NCBI GenBank assembly: GCA_002722615.1
Contig: PBMQ01000037.1
Coordinates: forward strand, 34,958-98,957
Length of the DNA stretch: 64,000 bases
Direction of reading: 5' to 3'
Origin: Methanobacteriota archaeon
Lineage (GTDB): Archaea; Thermoplasmatota; Poseidoniia; Poseidoniales; Poseidoniaceae
Each line of letters begins with the position of its first letter. The stretch's first letter is position 1. Below are positions 48,184-57,556 of the stretch, in pieces. The notes under the pieces were generated by a model. That model made no database searches, was not told the origin of the DNA, and saw nothing but the letters and a program-made list of their open reading frames with translations. Both the position numbers and the translations under genes were made by a program.

Positions 48184-51100
48184 TCAAGGCTGTTTCCCTA
48201 AACGGTCTAGGTATTGTTGACCGTAATGGGTCCACTGTTCCATACTCCACCCTGCAGGTAATCCATCAGGGGGCAAAGGTGGATTTGTGGCAGAATGAAC
48301 AGCTGGTTCTCCTGTTTGATGTGCAGTTTCAACGAAGACTTGTTGAGTGATTGGTGGACCTGCAACGAAGGTGTCTTCTACATGTTCATCCATTCCAAGT
48401 CTTTGCTTTCTAATGATCAACAGTATTGCAACTAGTATCGCTACACCTAGGCCACTTGCTATGAGTGTCGGACCATTGAGGTTCGATGCAAAAAATGAAT
48501 TGTCTTCACTTGGTTTTACAAAATTAAGATATCGTGTTTCAGCGAATCCTATTTCGCCATCAATTGTTGATGCAGACAGGACAATTTCCCCTTCATAAAC
48601 ACCTCCCAACCGTTGTATTTCGCATCGTATGTCTTTGAGCGATTCAGAATTACGGGCATACGGTAAAGACGTATTCATGACATCACCACTTGCAGTTAAC
48701 ATGCCATCACACATAACTTGCCAGTTGTCAGGATAGGCAAAAGAGATGGATATATCCTCTGCTTGGGTAGAGAAACTCGTAAGATTTACCCACGCAATTC
48801 CAGTTGATTCAATAGAATCATTTCCTAAGTTCGACAAACTCAACTCCACTTTACGTTGTTGATTCACGGTAATGAGATTTTGATGTTCTATCCTCACAAT
48901 ATCTCCTACGAGATCCTGACCACCTTCAACAGTTGTCGTAATGACAATTCGGGTGTTGAGGGGTACATCATCACCAATAACAACATCGATGAAGATCAGT
49001 TTACTTGAACCTGCACTCATTGGGAAGGTTAGTGTTTCACCTTCTTCAGCAGTCGGTCCACCTACACCGGCAGTTAGGAATGCAACAACTCCAGTCGTCG
49101 GCGGTGAAGTGGACAATTCGAATTGTATATCCATCGATGATTCCAAAGCATTTCCTACATTGGTCAACGTACCATCAAGTCGTTGGGTTGAACCAACCAT
49201 AGCATGGATGTCCAATACAGATCCATTGTATTCTGGGAATTTTACACTTCCAGTAATCATATCAACAGAAGCATCGTTGTCATCGGGATGGATGTCATCG
49301 CCCTCTGTATTGACGCGAATGGAAATCGTATGGAATTCACCTGCAGCTTCTGTCATTGGTACATGAAGAAGCAGTTCAATTTCGATTCGTTCATCACCTG
49401 TATACGAGACACCCAACTCTATTGTCATAGTTTCAAGAATGACTCCGTCCATTCGAATGGAATATGTCCATGAGGATGGTGCATCCACAAGCGACACTGT
49501 AACAGATGATGGCCCGTTTCCATTGTTGATGATCTCTGCGCCAAGAACAGTCGTGCCGCCGGGAACAATAACTGAAGTTGATGAAAGAATACTGATGCTA
49601 GCATCGTACAATGTCTCAATCATAATGTTGCTATAATCGGGGCCAGTATAACTCATGCCGCTACGAGTGGATGTAAGAATGGGATTAATTTTGGGCGCCA
49701 TGTCTTTTGCTTGAGCATTCTCAGGGGCAGTTACTGAAACATAAAACGAGGTCGATGCCCCTGGATTGATAACAATGGGCGGACGTTGTTCTTTTTCTAT
49801 GGTCCAGCCGATTGCGGGTATATATTCAACATCGAATTCAAAACTATCCTGTCGAGTTGCTTGGTTTGTTACGGTGTAACGAATCTCCACTCGGTCTCCT
49901 GCAGATATCATCGTGACATCATTTTCGTCAATTGAAAGTTCTATGAGAGCATTAGAGATCATTGATGCTTGGACTGCAATTGCCTCAACTGTACTACGGC
50001 TTGTATCGTTTTGCGACGTCATTGTGAACCAATATTCTCCCGTTTTGTCCGGTGTTTCACCTTGGGGTACAGTCATTACAAAGTTTACAGTATTAATCTG
50101 TCCCGGGATGAGCCGTACAGAAGGAGGTTGATCGAAGGCGAGGTTGACGCTCCAGCCAACATCGAGTGATTTTGACTGTACATCCAAATCGAAAACATCC
50201 GTTGCTTGTCCTATGTTTTCAACTTCTACCACAAATGCGCATGATGACCCAGGCGCACATTTCGGTTTAATTTCTGGAACATGGATGTGCGGAATCCGAT
50301 CTGCTGATACTTGGAACTGCATACCTTCCTGAACGGAAAAACCAGGATTCTGAAGGCTTGATGCCATAAACGTGAGCGGTACGAATCCTACAGTAGCGTT
50401 CACACTCGGTTGAAGTTTGACATCTATTTGCCGAGATTCACCCGGTAACAGTCGTACGCCTGTGCTAGGATTGATACCTGCTCCACTCGGGAATGAGAAG
50501 GCGACATTCCAATCGTTAGGTAAATTGGTAACTGTTGGGAGGATTGAATCGCTAATGTTCCCTGTGTTGGTTAATTCCAAACGAATCTCACCCCAAGAAC
50601 CTGGAATCGCTCCGTTTGTAAAGACCCCTGATACATCAAGATTGTATTCCTCATTCCGTGCTGATTGATCGTAAACAATAACGAAATCATCGAACCAATA
50701 TCCTATATCAGTTCCAGTAGAGTCGCTTGTGAACGAGAATTTGAATCTTGAATTTGAATGGAAATGAGTTGCTGCGTCTGATGGTATCAAAGGAGTTGTA
50801 TGACCCATATGAGTGTTGGATATAGTCTTCCAATTGGACAGTGTGGCTCCAACAGTTCCAACAATGTTGGCTAATTCGTCCCAATTCCCTTGGTTGTCCA
50901 GTGCAGATACTTTCATCGAATCGTTCGGTTGGGCACTTCCTGCGTAAAAGAATGTCAGACCGTTGGTTCGAGATGGGTTTTGAACAATGTCGCTCATGTC
51001 CCAAATAGGAGTCATCAACTCCGTTTGCAAATTATTTGTGTAACTTCCTGTCTGACCTTGTCCAATATGACAGGATTGGCCCATACTAAGAGCGGTATCC

Positions 51101-51702
51101 ATACTTGTTCCCCAGTATGGTCCAGCGTTCCATCCTACCAACGATGTGCATGTGAAATAATAATTTGCGACGGTATAATGGCGATTGAAATTGTTGTTTG
51201 AAGGATTGTCATCCACACCTTGGAAGGAAGGAGAAACAACAAGTGTGTGATTTCCAGAGTAGTTGACATATACATTGTAAAAAGTGGCTGTCCCTTGTTC
51301 GCTTGATGACAAACTGTTCATTGTTACCGTTCGATTAGACAATTCAAATCTCTCATATTCGTTATGGAGAATAAGTAACTGGACAGTGATAATTCCAGAT
51401 GCAGTACTTCCATCATTTCGAACCGTCACTTCAATGTCCATTGGAGTCGAGTTAACAGTGTCAACCACATACAAATTCTTTGGCCGATCAAATCCAAGTA
51501 TTGGGTGATTGGATGAAAACATCTTGTATTGTGATTCATCATTAGGGTTCGAATATTGAATCGAGACATCGGTTGCAGAAAGGTCAACACCAGTATTTTT
51601 TGATGAAGAATGAGATTGCTCAACCGTTGAAAATTCAGTGCTTGAAATCGGCTGAAGTATCAGCAACAATATCAGAAGCGACACCACACCAATCCTTGGC
51701 AT
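48184..51702 (-). CDS. Large cell-surface protein with CARDB/Ig-like repeats, C-terminal TM and Pro/Trp tail
   Basis: Signal peptide; repeated V.N.GN..D.F.L...P..W units; TM; tail PPLPPDGLPAGWSMEQWTHYGQQYL. Confidence 0.8.
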   Translation of the reverse strand: MPRIGVVSLLILLLILQPISSTEFSTVEQSHSSSKNTGVDLSATDVSIQYSNPNDESQYKMFSSNHPILGFDRPKNLYVVDTVNSTPMDIEVTVRNDGSTASGIITVQLLILHNEYERFELSNRTVTMNSLSSSEQGTATFYNVYVNYSGNHTLVVSPSFQGVDDNPSNNNFNRHYTVANYYFTCTSLVGWNAGPYWGTSMDTALSMGQSCHIGQGQTGSYTNNLQTELMTPIWDMSDIVQNPSRTNGLTFFYAGSAQPNDSMKVSALDNQGNWDELANIVGTVGATLSNWKTISNTHMGHTTPLIPSDAATHFHSNSRFKFSFTSDSTGTDIGYWFDDFVIVYDQSARNEEYNLDVSGVFTNGAIPGSWGEIRLELTNTGNISDSILPTVTNLPNDWNVAFSFPSGAGINPSTGVRLLPGESRQIDVKLQPSVNATVGFVPLTFMASSLQNPGFSVQEGMQFQVSADRIPHIHVPEIKPKCAPGSSCAFVVEVENIGQATDVFDLDVQSKSLDVGWSVNLAFDQPPSVRLIPGQINTVNFVMTVPQGETPDKTGEYWFTMTSQNDTSRSTVEAIAVQASMISNALIELSIDENDVTMISAGDRVEIRYTVTNQATRQDSFEFDVEYIPAIGWTIEKEQRPPIVINPGASTSFYVSVTAPENAQAKDMAPKINPILTSTRSGMSYTGPDYSNIMIETLYDASISILSSTSVIVPGGTTVLGAEIINNGNGPSSVTVSLVDAPSSWTYSIRMDGVILETMTIELGVSYTGDERIEIELLLHVPMTEAAGEFHTISIRVNTEGDDIHPDDNDASVDMITGSVKFPEYNGSVLDIHAMVGSTQRLDGTLTNVGNALESSMDIQFELSTSPPTTGVVAFLTAGVGGPTAEEGETLTFPMSAGSSKLIFIDVVIGDDVPLNTRIVITTTVEGGQDLVGDIVRIEHQNLITVNQQRKVELSLSNLGNDSIESTGIAWVNLTSFSTQAEDISISFAYPDNWQVMCDGMLTASGDVMNTSLPYARNSESLKDIRCEIQRLGGVYEGEIVLSASTIDGEIGFAETRYLNFVKPSEDNSFFASNLNGPTLIASGLGVAILVAILLIIRKQRLGMDEHVEDTFVAGPPITQQVFVETAHQTGEPAVHSATNPPLPPDGLPAGWSMEQWTHYGQQYLDRLGKQP

Positions 51703-51731
51703 GGATGGGAATCTCCTTCTATGTATTTGAT

Positions 51732-52553
51732 TTATTCGTCTGCAGAGTCTTGGTTTGCTAATTGGAGTTTCTGTTCATTACGTCGATCTTTGGCTCTAGC
51801 GGCGAAATACACCGTAAATGAAGGGATTAAGACCATAGAAAAGCAACCTACTACTGCAGCAAGCGCCCACAAGAATTCGGTAGCAGCATCAATTTCAAAC
51901 ACCTCGATGCTCGAGAATTCCTCGTTGACTGTGTAGAGATTGACTTGCGGAGCAACTGCTTTGTCACCAGGTTCAGTAATTTGTATGATGACGACTGAAG
52001 GATTGTGTTCGTAGAAGATTTTCTCACGAGCAAGGTCTTCAGCCTCGCTAATTGTTTCTGCAAAAACAGTGCCGTTGGAACGTCGTGCAGGATTGACGGA
52101 CGTCAGGGATTGGATGCTAACTTCGCTTGAATCGGCTTCAACTTCAATGGATTCTCCATATGAGCAGTGCTCTGAGCAGCGGAAATCAACGGTTTTTCCA
52201 TCAACGACGACCTCAGCGTCGTCTATTCCTAGGAATGGATGAGAATACAGCTTGCCGGCATTGGTCATTTTCACGACTGCACCGCTTGCAAGATCATCGA
52301 CAGTCATGTTGACCCAAGTAAGGTTTTGACCATTTGTGGGTACGCTTGCAGTCCAAGTAGTTTCGTTGTTTTGAACCACTTTTGTTAGTTCAATGCCATC
52401 ATATGCCGTGTCGGTTGCTTCTGTTTCATAGATGTAATAACTCGGTGATATTGTTGCTCCGTACACTGCATAGGACAGCAACACGATGAGTGTGAGTGAC
52501 AAACCAATGAGGGTTCTCAATAGGTTTGGATTCTGAGCAAGAGCCTTCTTCAT
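51732..52553 (-). CDS. Hypothetical membrane protein (N- and C-terminal TM)
   Basis: ATG 52553 preceded by a GGAGGAGT SD; two TM segments flank an acidic loop. Confidence 0.7.
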   Translation of the reverse strand: MKKALAQNPNLLRTLIGLSLTLIVLLSYAVYGATISPSYYIYETEATDTAYDGIELTKVVQNNETTWTASVPTNGQNLTWVNMTVDDLASGAVVKMTNAGKLYSHPFLGIDDAEVVVDGKTVDFRCSEHCSYGESIEVEADSSEVSIQSLTSVNPARRSNGTVFAETISEAEDLAREKIFYEHNPSVVIIQITEPGDKAVAPQVNLYTVNEEFSSIEVFEIDAATEFLWALAAVVGCFSMVLIPSFTVYFAARAKDRRNEQKLQLANQDSADE

Positions 52554-52688
52554 CACTCCTCCCAAAACGACCCCATTCAAGAACACTTGCACAAGACCAA
52601 AAACACACGAATGCTCTTCATTGATGTGAGAGATTCTCCCGCTTTATTCAAATAGGGGAGATAAGTCGCAAGGTTGCTTGGTGTAGCT

Positions 52689-53183
52689 ATGACGACGTTT
52701 TACGATGTTCCTGCCAATTTTCTAATCCCTGCGTTAGCTGAAGAATTGAAGAGCAATGATGCGATTAAGATGCCAGATTGGGCTGATGTCGTCAAAACGG
52801 GCTCCTCTCGAGAGCGCCCACCGACACAAACCGACTGGTGGCACACTCGTGGAGCCGCTCTCCTCCGAAAAATTGCTCGACAAGGACCCATTGGAGTCAC
52901 TTCACTGTCTCAAGAATACGGCGGCCGTAAGAACAACGGCTCGAAGCCGAATACTCCTGGCGTAGGATCCCGCAAGGTCATTCGAATTTTGGTTCAACAA
53001 CTCGAAGACGCTGGATTGGTCTCAACCCAAACCGGTCGCTTGGTCGAGCCTGAGGGCCGTGAATCCACTCAACTTTACAACGGCCGTGTAGTTACAGCTG
53101 CTGGACAAAAGATGTTGAATGATGTCGCACACAAAGTTCGACCAGATGTCGAGGCTCAATATCCCGGACTTGACAAGTATTGA
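52689..53183 (+). CDS. rps19e: 30S ribosomal protein S19e
   Basis: YDVPA, PDWADVVKTG..RERPP..DWW..RGAALLRK, QQLEDAG. Confidence 0.96.
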   Translation: MTTFYDVPANFLIPALAEELKSNDAIKMPDWADVVKTGSSRERPPTQTDWWHTRGAALLRKIARQGPIGVTSLSQEYGGRKNNGSKPNTPGVGSRKVIRILVQQLEDAGLVSTQTGRLVEPEGRESTQLYNGRVVTAAGQKMLNDVAHKVRPDVEAQYPGLDKY

Positions 53184-53563
53184 TTGGAAGTGAAACTTTG
53201 AGTACAGCGACTGACGAATCATCGGAACTTGAAGCGTTCCGACAACGTCGGCAAATGGAACTCCAACAACAACTTGAGGAACAAGCAAAACAACAGGCAG
53301 CCGCTGAAGTTGAATCACAAGCGCAGGCTCAAGAACAGCATGCACTCGACCAAGCAATGAAAACGATTCTAACTTCTGAAGCCCGTGGTCGCCTCACAAA
53401 CATCTCCCTTGTCGATTCCAATAAAGCAGACTTGCTGAAGCGTCAGCTTGTAACACTCCATGATCAACAACAGATCACGATTCCTGTCAGCGATGAACAA
53501 CTGAAAAGAATCTTAGCTAGCCTATCCAAGAGCCGCAGAGATGCGTCTATCCGTCGAATATGA
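53180..53563 (+). CDS. PDCD5-like dsDNA-binding protein
   Basis: ELEAFRQRR..ELQ, ILTSEARGRL, DEQLKRIL, IRRI; canonical position after S19e. Confidence 0.9.
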   Translation: MIGSETLSTATDESSELEAFRQRRQMELQQQLEEQAKQQAAAEVESQAQAQEQHALDQAMKTILTSEARGRLTNISLVDSNKADLLKRQLVTLHDQQQITIPVSDEQLKRILASLSKSRRDASIRRI

Positions 53564-53578
53564 GAGGGGTGCTCGAAT

Positions 53579-53734
53579 ATGTCAAAAAATAAACCAGCAG
53601 CAAAGAAAATTCGCCTTATGAAGGCAGGAAAGCAAAACCGACGTGTCCCTGTATGGGTCATGCTAAAAACGAACAGAAATACGGTATCGCACCCAAAGCG
53701 ACACCACTGGCGACGTAGCAAGTTGCAACGATGA
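53579..53734 (+). CDS. rpl39e: 50S ribosomal protein L39e (not in ORF track)
   Basis: Manual translation [51 protein letters not shown]. Confidence 0.96.
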   Translation: MSKNKPAAKKIRLMKAGKQNRRVPVWVMLKTNRNTVSHPKRHHWRRSKLQR

Positions 53735-53745
53735 GGTGAATCATT

Positions 53746-54024
53746 ATGGCAAGAGCAGCAACATCAGAACTGGTCGTACCACTACGGAAGGCTTGGAACA
53801 TTACCCGATTCAAGCGTGCACCTCGTGCAATCCAAATCATTCGCGATGAAGTCATTCGTCATCTCAAGGTTTTACCTGAAGAAGAGATTTACATTGACCC
53901 ATCCGTGAACGAAAAAATCTGGGAACGTGGTATTGAAAATCCACCACGAAAAATCCGACTCACTGTCATTCGTCACGATGAGCCTGATATCCCTATCGAA
54001 GTCAAGTTGTTTGAGGAGGCCTGA
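53746..54024 (+). CDS. rpl31e: 50S ribosomal protein L31e
   Basis: VPLR...[29 protein letters not shown]. Confidence 0.95.
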   Translation: MARAATSELVVPLRKAWNITRFKRAPRAIQIIRDEVIRHLKVLPEEEIYIDPSVNEKIWERGIENPPRKIRLTVIRHDEPDIPIEVKLFEEA

Positions 54025-54026
54025 AC

Positions 54027-54218
54027 ATGGGTAACATTCGACCAAGTTTTATCAAAATCCGCGCTATTCGTCTCGTTGAAGAACATGGTGAAAAATTCAC
54101 AGATGATTTCGACCACAACAAAAAGATGGTGGAGCAATTGACTGACGTCAGTACCAAGAAACTTCGCAACTGGATTGCAGGTTACGTTACACGTTATCGA
54201 CAACGCCCAACCGATTGA
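54027..54218 (+). CDS. rps17e: 30S ribosomal protein S17e
   Basis: [32 protein letters not shown]. Confidence 0.96.
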   Translation: MGNIRPSFIKIRAIRLVEEHGEKFTDDFDHNKKMVEQLTDVSTKKLRNWIAGYVTRYRQRPTD

Positions 54219-54231
54219 TGAGGTCTTCAGC

Positions 54232-54453
54232 GTGCCCATTTGGGTTGATTGGAACAGAACACCCGTGTCTGTTCATGACTCTGAACAAGAATCACTGGAA
54301 TTACTGATTCTATTTTTGAGAAATACCTACAACGTGCGCCGTCGTTCACTTGTAATGGCTGACCGTGAACGTGGAGGGTTTTTGTTCTTCATCTATCAAG
54401 CATGCAATCCTCTTTGGATTGCTGAATTTGTCGATCGTTTGGAGGAAGAATAA
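54232..54453 (+). CDS. Small hypothetical protein
   Basis: GTG 54232 after a GAGGT SD; stop overlaps the next ATG (TAATG). Confidence 0.6.
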   Translation: MPIWVDWNRTPVSVHDSEQESLELLILFLRNTYNVRRRSLVMADRERGGFLFFIYQACNPLWIAEFVDRLEEE

Positions 54454-55289
54454 TGGGTGATCGCAGCAAGATTCCGTTGCCATATTCCACCTATGAATTG
54501 CATGTTGTTCTTGTCGGGATACAACACCCCGGTAATTTAGGTGCAGTATGTCGTTCCTTACTGAACCATGGATTCAACTCGTTACGTTTGGTTCAGCCAC
54601 AATGCCATCCAGATGATCTTGAGGCTCGGAACCGGGCAAAACACGCAGGAAGTGTTCTTGATTCATGCAAATTGTTTGATTCGTTTGAAGAAGCAATACG
54701 TGATTGTTCTTTGGTTGTTGGAACATCTGGCAAACGAGAGATTGGTGATAAAACTCAAAAACGTCATTTCATGTATCCTTGGGAGTTTTCTGAGCGAATC
54801 TCCAGCATCAATCAATCCGTAGCACTAGTTTTCGGTGAAGAGGGTAAAGGACTGAGTACTGAAGACCTGCTTCGATGTGACTATCTTGTCACACTACCGA
54901 CTTGGGAAGGATATCCAATTACAAATCTTAGCCATGCTGTTCATACACTAACGTACGAACTTCATCGGCACCGCGTGCTTGAAAAACAAGGGGATGATGA
55001 AGCACTTCCTGATATCGTCCCCATACAAAGAGGAATTTCACCTGAACAAAGAGTTGTATTGAGGAAGGCGATAGAAGATATTGCAATGCATCTTCCTGGT
55101 GGTGACGAAAGAAAAATTTCCTTTACACATTCACTTACTCGTGCATTGCAACGATCTGGCATGGAACCAGATGAAACCAATCGCTTAATTGGTGGTTTCG
55201 TAGATGCCTCAACGGCTCTTGAGTTTGCATCTCAGCACGATGATTGGAGAGCAACCCGTCGTCGACGCGTCGTCCTCGAGGAAGAATAA
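54453..55289 (+). CDS. trmJ: SPOUT RNA methyltransferase, TrmJ family
   Basis: HPGNLGAVCR, LVFGEEGKGLSTEDL..CD, YPITNLSHAV...YE. Confidence 0.8.
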   Translation: MGDRSKIPLPYSTYELHVVLVGIQHPGNLGAVCRSLLNHGFNSLRLVQPQCHPDDLEARNRAKHAGSVLDSCKLFDSFEEAIRDCSLVVGTSGKREIGDKTQKRHFMYPWEFSERISSINQSVALVFGEEGKGLSTEDLLRCDYLVTLPTWEGYPITNLSHAVHTLTYELHRHRVLEKQGDDEALPDIVPIQRGISPEQRVVLRKAIEDIAMHLPGGDERKISFTHSLTRALQRSGMEPDETNRLIGGFVDASTALEFASQHDDWRATRRRRVVLEEE

Positions 55290-55739
55290 TCACGCATACC
55301 AGGAGGCCCAACTTTTTGGGGTTTCACGTACATGCATAGCAACCAATCGCAATCGATTTCCATATGCTGTCTGGATATGTGGTTGGACTTGCTCGTAAGC
55401 CCACTTGGCAAGATTTTCTGCAGTTGGAATGAAAGGAACAACGACTGTTCGGTGGTCGGATGGAAGAGCTTCTAGTAATGTTCTCGCTTCCTGATCTCCT
55501 TCGTATACAACAAATGCATGATCAACAACATCATGGATGTGGATTGTAAGGATTTCACTTACATCACTGAAATCCATTAGCATACCTTCCTCACTTACGC
55601 CTGAAGTTTCCACAATGTCCCCTTCAATTTCTGCTTCGAATCGATATCGATGCCCATGAAAATGTCTGCACTTGCTCTTATGATTTGGTACTCTATGTCC
55701 AGTATCTGTTTCGACATATCTGCGAATTCTTGTTGTCAT
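55290..55739 (-). CDS. queD: 6-carboxy-5,6,7,8-tetrahydropterin synthase
   Basis: GHR...KCRHFHGHRY, GMLMDF, DH, PTAEN, RETP. Confidence 0.92.
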   Translation of the reverse strand: MTTRIRRYVETDTGHRVPNHKSKCRHFHGHRYRFEAEIEGDIVETSGVSEEGMLMDFSDVSEILTIHIHDVVDHAFVVYEGDQEARTLLEALPSDHRTVVVPFIPTAENLAKWAYEQVQPHIQTAYGNRLRLVAMHVRETPKSWASWYA

Positions 55740-56119
55740 TCAATCACCTCAAATTTCATTGCAGCACTATTGATGCAATATCGCTCACCACCGTGTTTTC
55801 GCGGCCCATCATTGAAGACATGCCCAAGATGTGCATCGCATGTCCCACATCGGACTTCAACGCGAGTCATGCCATGGGATGTGTCGATAATTCGTTTGAT
55901 GTTAGCATCATGATGTTCTGTATGAAACGCAGGCCAACCGCAACCGGAATCAAATTTCATTTGATCGGTAAACAGTTGGGTTTCGCAAACAATGCAGGAA
56001 TAGTTACCTTTTCGTGTTTCTTTGTTCAATGTACCAGTAAATGGCCGCTCAGTTCCATTCTGCTGAGTGACGTAAAATGATATATCGGATAGTGATGAAA
56101 TACGGTCCTCAAATCTCAT
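55736..56119 (-). CDS. msrB: Peptide methionine-R-sulfoxide reductase
   Basis: GTERPFTG, CIVC, KFDSGCGWPAF, CGTCDAHLGHVFNDGP, RYCINS. Start ATG 56119 overlaps the queC stop. Confidence 0.96.
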   Translation of the reverse strand: MRFEDRISSLSDISFYVTQQNGTERPFTGTLNKETRKGNYSCIVCETQLFTDQMKFDSGCGWPAFHTEHHDANIKRIIDTSHGMTRVEVRCGTCDAHLGHVFNDGPRKHGGERYCINSAAMKFEVIE

Positions 56120-56919
56120 TATACCCCTCCTGTATTGTGTTCTGATTCTATCCTTAATGCATGTTTCAATACAGTGTCCCAAGAGTCTTGATATTCGATA
56201 GGGTCCTTACGACCAATAGCATGGAATGCAAGGATTCGCTCAATATCTGAACCACTCTTACCTGAACTTTTTCCATCAGCGTCTGGATTGTATGATGTGA
56301 TGGTATTTTTGAGAACAACATCAAATTCGAGACCGAGCATAGCGCATGATTCTATGGCATCTTCAAGAATGGATGTTTTGTCTCCATGAAGATAGGGTAG
56401 ATCAAAACCAACACGGTTGCTGTCCCAATTTCCAATTTCGAATGCATGTTGTAATGCATCGTAAAATTCAGGCCGACAATCTGGATAAATAGCATGATCA
56501 CCGCTATGTACGCCAAGAGCAAGAACGACATCTTCCCCAGTACGCTTTGACTCAGACAGTGCAAACCCGTACAGAATTGATGCAAATATTGCATTTCGAT
56601 TCGGAACAACTGTTTGTTTCATTTGGTCTTCCTCATAATGACCAAGGGGAACATTTTGTTCCTTGGATGTTAATGCTGAATCAAATAAGGACATTGCTGG
56701 GGATAAATCTACGATATGATGGCTGACTTCCAAACCACATTCCATGCACATGAATATGGTGGATTTTGCACGTTCTAATTCGATTGAATGTTTCTGCCCA
56801 TAGTTGTAAGAGATACACACCGCTTTGTATCCTTGTGCAAGATAATGCATTAAGAGGCATGTGGAATCCATTCCACCACTAAGAGCCATGACTACTGTTT
56901 TCATAGGATTCCCATCCAT
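56119..56919 (-). CDS. queC: 7-cyano-7-deazaguanine synthase
   Basis: SGGMDST, YGQKH..E, VVPNRNAIF, DHAIYPDCRPEF. Confidence 0.92.
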   Translation of the reverse strand: MDGNPMKTVVMALSGGMDSTCLLMHYLAQGYKAVCISYNYGQKHSIELERAKSTIFMCMECGLEVSHHIVDLSPAMSLFDSALTSKEQNVPLGHYEEDQMKQTVVPNRNAIFASILYGFALSESKRTGEDVVLALGVHSGDHAIYPDCRPEFYDALQHAFEIGNWDSNRVGFDLPYLHGDKTSILEDAIESCAMLGLEFDVVLKNTITSYNPDADGKSSGKSGSDIERILAFHAIGRKDPIEYQDSWDTVLKHALRIESEHNTGGV

Positions 56920-57551
56920 TTATGCGTTTGCAAAGACAATCTCCATCCGATGTGTTCTTTTACGACCTGTTCCGTTTCCTGAAACATTTTACCATTTTCA
57001 GATACTGATGCAGAATCGATATAGCATGGTTGAAGGAAATGATGGCTGAATCCTGATTTAAGTACATCATACATCTCTAAATCCTGGCCACAGTATACTA
57101 CTTTCAATTCATCACCGTTTCGTTGTCGAATGACTGAGTTAGGATAGAGCTGATCTTTCGGAGAAATACAAATCCAATCAATAAGACCTTCTGGAATCAA
57201 GAGCGTCCCGTTGCTTTCAATCGAGAGATTGTATCCTCTTTTTTTGAGCAGACGATGGAGTGGCCATAGGTCATGGAGCATCGGTTCCCCTCCTGTAAAG
57301 ATAATGCGCTTGCAATTGAATTTCATAATTTCAGCAAGGATGTCGAGTGCAGTCATCGATTCAAATGTGTTAAAATCGGTATCGCACCAACTGCATCGAA
57401 GGTTACATGTTCCGAATCGCACGAAAACATGAGGCATACCAGCATGAAAACCCTCGCCTTGGACAGAATGAAAAATCTCAACGATTGGATATTCCACGGC
57501 AAGGTCTGACGCATCATCGCCAATAATTTCGCCGGAGCGATTGCAATCCAT
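56901..57551 (-). CDS. queE: 7-carboxy-7-deazaguanine synthase (radical SAM)
   Basis: EIFHSVQGEG, CNLRCSWCDT, TGGEP, ESNG, SPK, RLSLQTHK. Confidence 0.93.
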   Translation of the reverse strand: MDCNRSGEIIGDDASDLAVEYPIVEIFHSVQGEGFHAGMPHVFVRFGTCNLRCSWCDTDFNTFESMTALDILAEIMKFNCKRIIFTGGEPMLHDLWPLHRLLKKRGYNLSIESNGTLLIPEGLIDWICISPKDQLYPNSVIRQRNGDELKVVYCGQDLEMYDVLKSGFSHHFLQPCYIDSASVSENGKMFQETEQVVKEHIGWRLSLQTHKWMGIL

Positions 57552-57556
57552 TTATT

